The translations under genes were made by a program, and so were the position numbers. DNA of 64,000 nt from Bugula neritina (taxonomy: Eukaryota; Animalia; Bryozoa): the NCBI GenBank assembly GCA_964035545.1, contig OZ037773.1, forward strand, positions 8,213,751 through 8,277,750. The letters run 5' to 3'. The notes below the pieces were generated by a model. That model did no database searches. It saw only the letters and a program-made list of their open reading frames with translations, and had not been told where the DNA came from. This document shows positions 62,579-64,000 of the stretch, piece after piece; position 1 is the first letter of the stretch; each line of letters starts with the position of its first letter.

Positions 62579-63823
62579 ATGGGTCAAATTAATGTAACAG
62601 GCCCAAATGAGGCGATTGTAGTGTCAGGTAAGCTCAAACTAGAACTCAATTCAAATTAAAGTGAAAGTCAAGTGGAGGTGTGAGACTAGGGCAAAGATTA
62701 TTAGTATTATCTTTAATTTAGGACTAACCACTAAGTTGCTGTTTATTACTCACTGTGATTACTTGTGATAAAATATTTTCAGGTCGCACTAACAGCACAA
62801 ATAATTTATTTAGTGATTTACTGATTATGATTATCATAAATTAATCATTTAATGAGTATAATCAATTAATCACTAACAATATAATTTATACTAATAAATT
62901 ATAATCATTAACATTAACTTAAAATAGTTAAATAATCATGATTGAAAATATTAAGGATAATAATCATGGTGAATATTAATATAAATAATACCATTAACTT
63001 TAAGTATTAATTTAATAACTAACATTGTGAAATTCAATATGAATTAGTAAATCAACTAGAATTTGAGTTACTATAATGAATTTCGGTATTACTGTCAGTA
63101 TGGCAATTTTCTTTTTTTCAGTGGCTAGCATAGCAGTATGCCATGCTGAATTTTGATTTATGTACAACCAATAAACTATATGACTGTTCTAATTTAAAAA
63201 GAACTTGACCTAGTAAACTTTTACACTTGAAACGGCAGGCAAACTCATATTGTGGATGTTCTAGAATCTAGATTATAACAATACATAAGTATTTAAAACA
63301 ATAATTATGTTATAATGAATATAATCATTTATTATTGTTGCAACAATTAGTATATTTTGAGTAAAGATATTAGTATTACTATTGAATTTTGAAGTGATTA
63401 CCTGATAAACTAAAATTGAATTTAGTTTTTTAGTTATTATATAGCAATAGATGTTGACAGTTGCATTTAGCTAACTCTCAAATAGCATGAGTTTTACTTC
63501 TGTGATTAGCTTTATTATTAAGACTCTGAAAATATATATATTTATATATATAGCTATTGTTTGAAATATAAGGGTACACTGGCCGGCGCCAAATTGTAGC
63601 ATGAGAAAAAATAATATATAGATATCAGAGCATTTTGGCTTTTCTCCCAACAAAAGTTGTTACTGTAACATATTTTATTAGCTGATGGCTGCTGTGGTAA
63701 AAGTCTAGGATTGTTTATCAATTTGCAAGCTGTCATTTCTACAGGTGGACTTCTTTCAAACAAAAAGACAACTGTTATTGGAGGATGGATCTGGTCTTGG
63801 TATTGCTGCAGTGACGTATCAAG
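62579..63823 (+). CDS. FLOT2: flotillin-2-like protein, 5' part (gene continues beyond the window)
   Basis: Exon 62579-62627 MGQINVTGPNEAIVVSG|gtaag resembles FLOT2 MGNCHTVGPNEALVVSG. The exon ending at 63823 reads ...KKTTVIGGWIWSWYCCSDVSR, resembling VFGGWAWAWWCISDTQR. Its acceptor is at 63682 or 63745. Confidence 0.82.
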
Positions 63824-64000
63824 GTGCACTATGTGCAGCACCTTTGTTGTCTTTAGGGAGTGTTTGTAAAAGATTGGTTTGGTGTTTTTAAGAGTTGTCT
63901 TATTTAAATTTTTGCTTTAGATTACTCTCTTAATACTACAGTATCTGTATTGGGTAACTGAACACAGTTTTTGCTATCAATAATAAAACTAGCAAATCGG

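Overview
AT-rich, intron-containing animal DNA. It is probably a compact invertebrate (lophotrochozoan-like) genome, but the species cannot be fixed from the sequence alone. I assembled seven protein-coding genes by hand from GT-AG junctions with consistent phases: (1) a Na+/Ca2+ exchanger (SLC8/NCX, +, 2689-19713) with three candidate micro-exons; (2) mitochondrial D-lactate dehydrogenase (LDHD, -, 21505-27656); (3) an LBR-like delta-14 sterol reductase with an RS-rich head but no Tudor domain (-, 29208-35452); (4) an unusual ~929-aa ankyrin-repeat/caspase fusion with an intact His/Cys dyad and no death-fold prodomain (-, 39550-43756); (5) a signal-peptide-bearing tandem VOC/glyoxalase-fold protein with degenerate metal ligands (+, 49312-57546); (6) a single-CRD galectin with non-canonical sugar-binding residues (+, 59009-61010); (7) the 5' end of a flotillin-2-like gene (+, from 62579). 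The most notable non-coding structures are a near-perfect ~830-bp inverted repeat (36574-38656) just downstream of the ANK-caspase gene and many tandem repeats that copy exon-intron junctions, including 19 in-frame reiterated splice donors in LDHD. A tRNA-derived SINE-like family and many minisatellites are also present. The best candidate for an undescribed system is the ankyrin-caspase sensor/effector fusion. All gene models are manual and need RNA-seq confirmation.
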